From sequence record NC_047995.1: DNA of 64,000 bases, one strand, 5' to 3'. The notes under the pieces are model-generated. The model searched no databases and was not told where the DNA came from. It worked only from the letters and a program-made list of their open reading frames with translations. Numbering within the stretch: the stretch's first letter is position 1; each line of letters opens with the position of its first letter. This document shows, piece by piece, positions 62,461-64,000 of the stretch. Both the position numbers and the translations under genes were made by a program.

Positions 62461-63603
62461 ATGATCACAACAGAAGAATTAGGTCTTAACGAATATCTGG
62501 CACGCCGTCTGAGCATTGAGGAGACCTCAGAGGAGTTCCGTCAAGTATACGCTGCAACGATACGTTACATAGGCAGCGGGTATAAATCTATTGCGGGTTA
62601 TCACCGCGACTTGCAAGCAGCAATTGATTTTAAGCAGTTCGAATTTACTGCCCCTGACTTGCGCATTGATATTTCTTCCGTGTGCCGCTTTACGATGAAG
62701 CTGCGTTTCTTTGTGCTGGCCGTGTGTCTGCATAAGGACCCAGTTGAAACGATTCAGAAATACGCGCAGTACGGCCTGTCGAAACGCGAAGCTGTCCTCG
62801 CTTGGAACTTGATTCTGAAAGATGATACCCAGCGTAAGCAGATACGCCGTACGGCAAAAGCGCGAGCGAAGACTAAAGGCGGTCTGGACGTCACAATGGT
62901 GTCCAGCCGTGAACTCCGCTTGCGTCTTGATCAGACAGCCAGCCTGTTTGGTGAGATCCACCGCAGTGCCAAGCGACTGGTACGTAAGAACCTCATGTGG
63001 GTAAGCAAGAGTGAGAATATTCCTCTGCCCGACCTGACCTGCGACGTTATGTGCAAGGTGTTGTTGTCCTACTATCAGTCGCTGCCAAACAAGTTCAGTG
63101 AGGCCCACCAGCTCAACTATCTGCGAGCGTCACTGAACAATCGTATCAACAACATGAACAACTATTACAGTGCAGATTGCCGCAAGCGTATGCACAAGGT
63201 AGGTGAGGACAAGTACGAGATTCTGGTTATGTCTGACAATCAAATGTGGCACAACCCAGATGACGACAGCTCCAATTCATATGAAGACATGTTGGGCGAA
63301 GATGCCCGTGTACACACGGAGCAGATGGAAAACAACCTGACAATCAATCGGCTTCTGGAAGACGCTGAGGGCACCAAACGCCACAAACTGTATCAGACTG
63401 TGCTCGGCCGAGACTGTGCCGAGTTCACTGAATATCTGCGTGAGAACGGAATGCTCAAACAGACCATGACATGCGCCACCCAGTGGATCATGGCTAAGCC
63501 TACGAAGTTCATTCGCAAGACCTTGGCCAGTTGGCTACAGGTCAGCGTCGATGCCGTAACAGGTGGTCTGGAAACATTACGTGGTTCATTACAGGCAGCA
63601 TGA
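62461..63603 (+). CDS. Putative sigma-70-like RNA polymerase sigma factor
   Basis: AKRLVRK...DLTCDV...LLSYY...F..AHQLNYLRASLNNRINN resembles sigma region 2; the C-terminal helical region could be region 4. Confidence 0.5.
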   Translation: MITTEELGLNEYLARRLSIEETSEEFRQVYAATIRYIGSGYKSIAGYHRDLQAAIDFKQFEFTAPDLRIDISSVCRFTMKLRFFVLAVCLHKDPVETIQKYAQYGLSKREAVLAWNLILKDDTQRKQIRRTAKARAKTKGGLDVTMVSSRELRLRLDQTASLFGEIHRSAKRLVRKNLMWVSKSENIPLPDLTCDVMCKVLLSYYQSLPNKFSEAHQLNYLRASLNNRINNMNNYYSADCRKRMHKVGEDKYEILVMSDNQMWHNPDDDSSNSYEDMLGEDARVHTEQMENNLTINRLLEDAEGTKRHKLYQTVLGRDCAEFTEYLRENGMLKQTMTCATQWIMAKPTKFIRKTLASWLQVSVDAVTGGLETLRGSLQAA

Positions 63604-63620
63604 GAGGTCACCATATAGTT

Positions 63621-63992
63621 ATGCAGCAGGCAATCATTGACACTGACGTAGAGCGCTCCGCACTGGCGCTGTTCAGCCGTCCTCAGTTGGATGAGGACTA
63701 TAAGCGTACCGTATTGTATCTCGTGTATAAGACTGTAAATCAAAACGGCATGATGCAGGTTAAGCGTCTGCTGTTTGAACTGAGCCAGAAGTATGAACTT
63801 AACAAAGAAGACGTGCAGTCCGCTATCGGCGCCCTCAAAGCTCCGTACGCGTTCAATGCGCTCTCTGTGTTCGTGCCTCGCGCAGATACCAAAGCAAATC
63901 GCGTGTGTCGTGTGAACTCCACGTCTATGATCGAAAGCTGGATCGCAGAAGTAGAGCAGACCCGACCACACATCACTCGCTTGTTGCAGTAG
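63621..63992 (+). CDS. Hypothetical protein, possibly winged-helix
   Basis: GAGG SD; helix-helix-helix-beta-hairpin pattern. Confidence 0.6.
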   Translation: MQQAIIDTDVERSALALFSRPQLDEDYKRTVLYLVYKTVNQNGMMQVKRLLFELSQKYELNKEDVQSAIGALKAPYAFNALSVFVPRADTKANRVCRVNSTSMIESWIAEVEQTRPHITRLLQ

Positions 63993-64000
63993 GGGCATAA

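Noticed and set aside
1-64000. Stop-codon reassignment as seen in some large phages
   Set aside because: TAA, TGA and TAG all end genes at tight junctions, and known enzymes (KptA, UvsE, Dut, topoisomerase) are full length under the standard code.

Overview
This window looks like a 64-kb segment of a large (jumbo-type) lytic dsDNA phage genome, probably infecting Enterobacterales (it carries a close YbiI homologue). About 100 densely packed genes all lie on the + strand. Recognisable genes: an intein-interrupted RecA/UvsX-like recombinase (5' end outside the window), a NADAR-like protein, a GNAT-like protein, RNA 2'-phosphotransferase (KptA), a radical SAM enzyme with an odd Cys-rich tail, a YbiI/TraR zinc finger, UV-damage endonuclease, dUTPase, lytic transglycosylase, an HD hydrolase, type IIA topoisomerase B and A subunits, an HNH-RHH fusion and a sigma-70-like factor. 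The rest are hypothetical. The most striking unexplained feature is a candidate nucleoid/condensate system. A ~39-aa Rho-N/HeH-like helical module recurs about 13 times in about 9 genes, mostly set in long D/E tracts. These sit alongside strongly basic partners: an H1/AlgP-like KPAKA-repeat protein next to a prothymosin-like acidic protein, and an adjacent acidic/basic paralogue pair. The non-coding DNA shows a 12-copy promoter class (conserved box 38-40 bp upstream of an extended -10, usually followed by a 5' hairpin), a second CTGTAAAY motif, repeated intergenic cassette junctions and three candidate structured RNAs. All family calls come from motif recognition by eye; no database searches were run.
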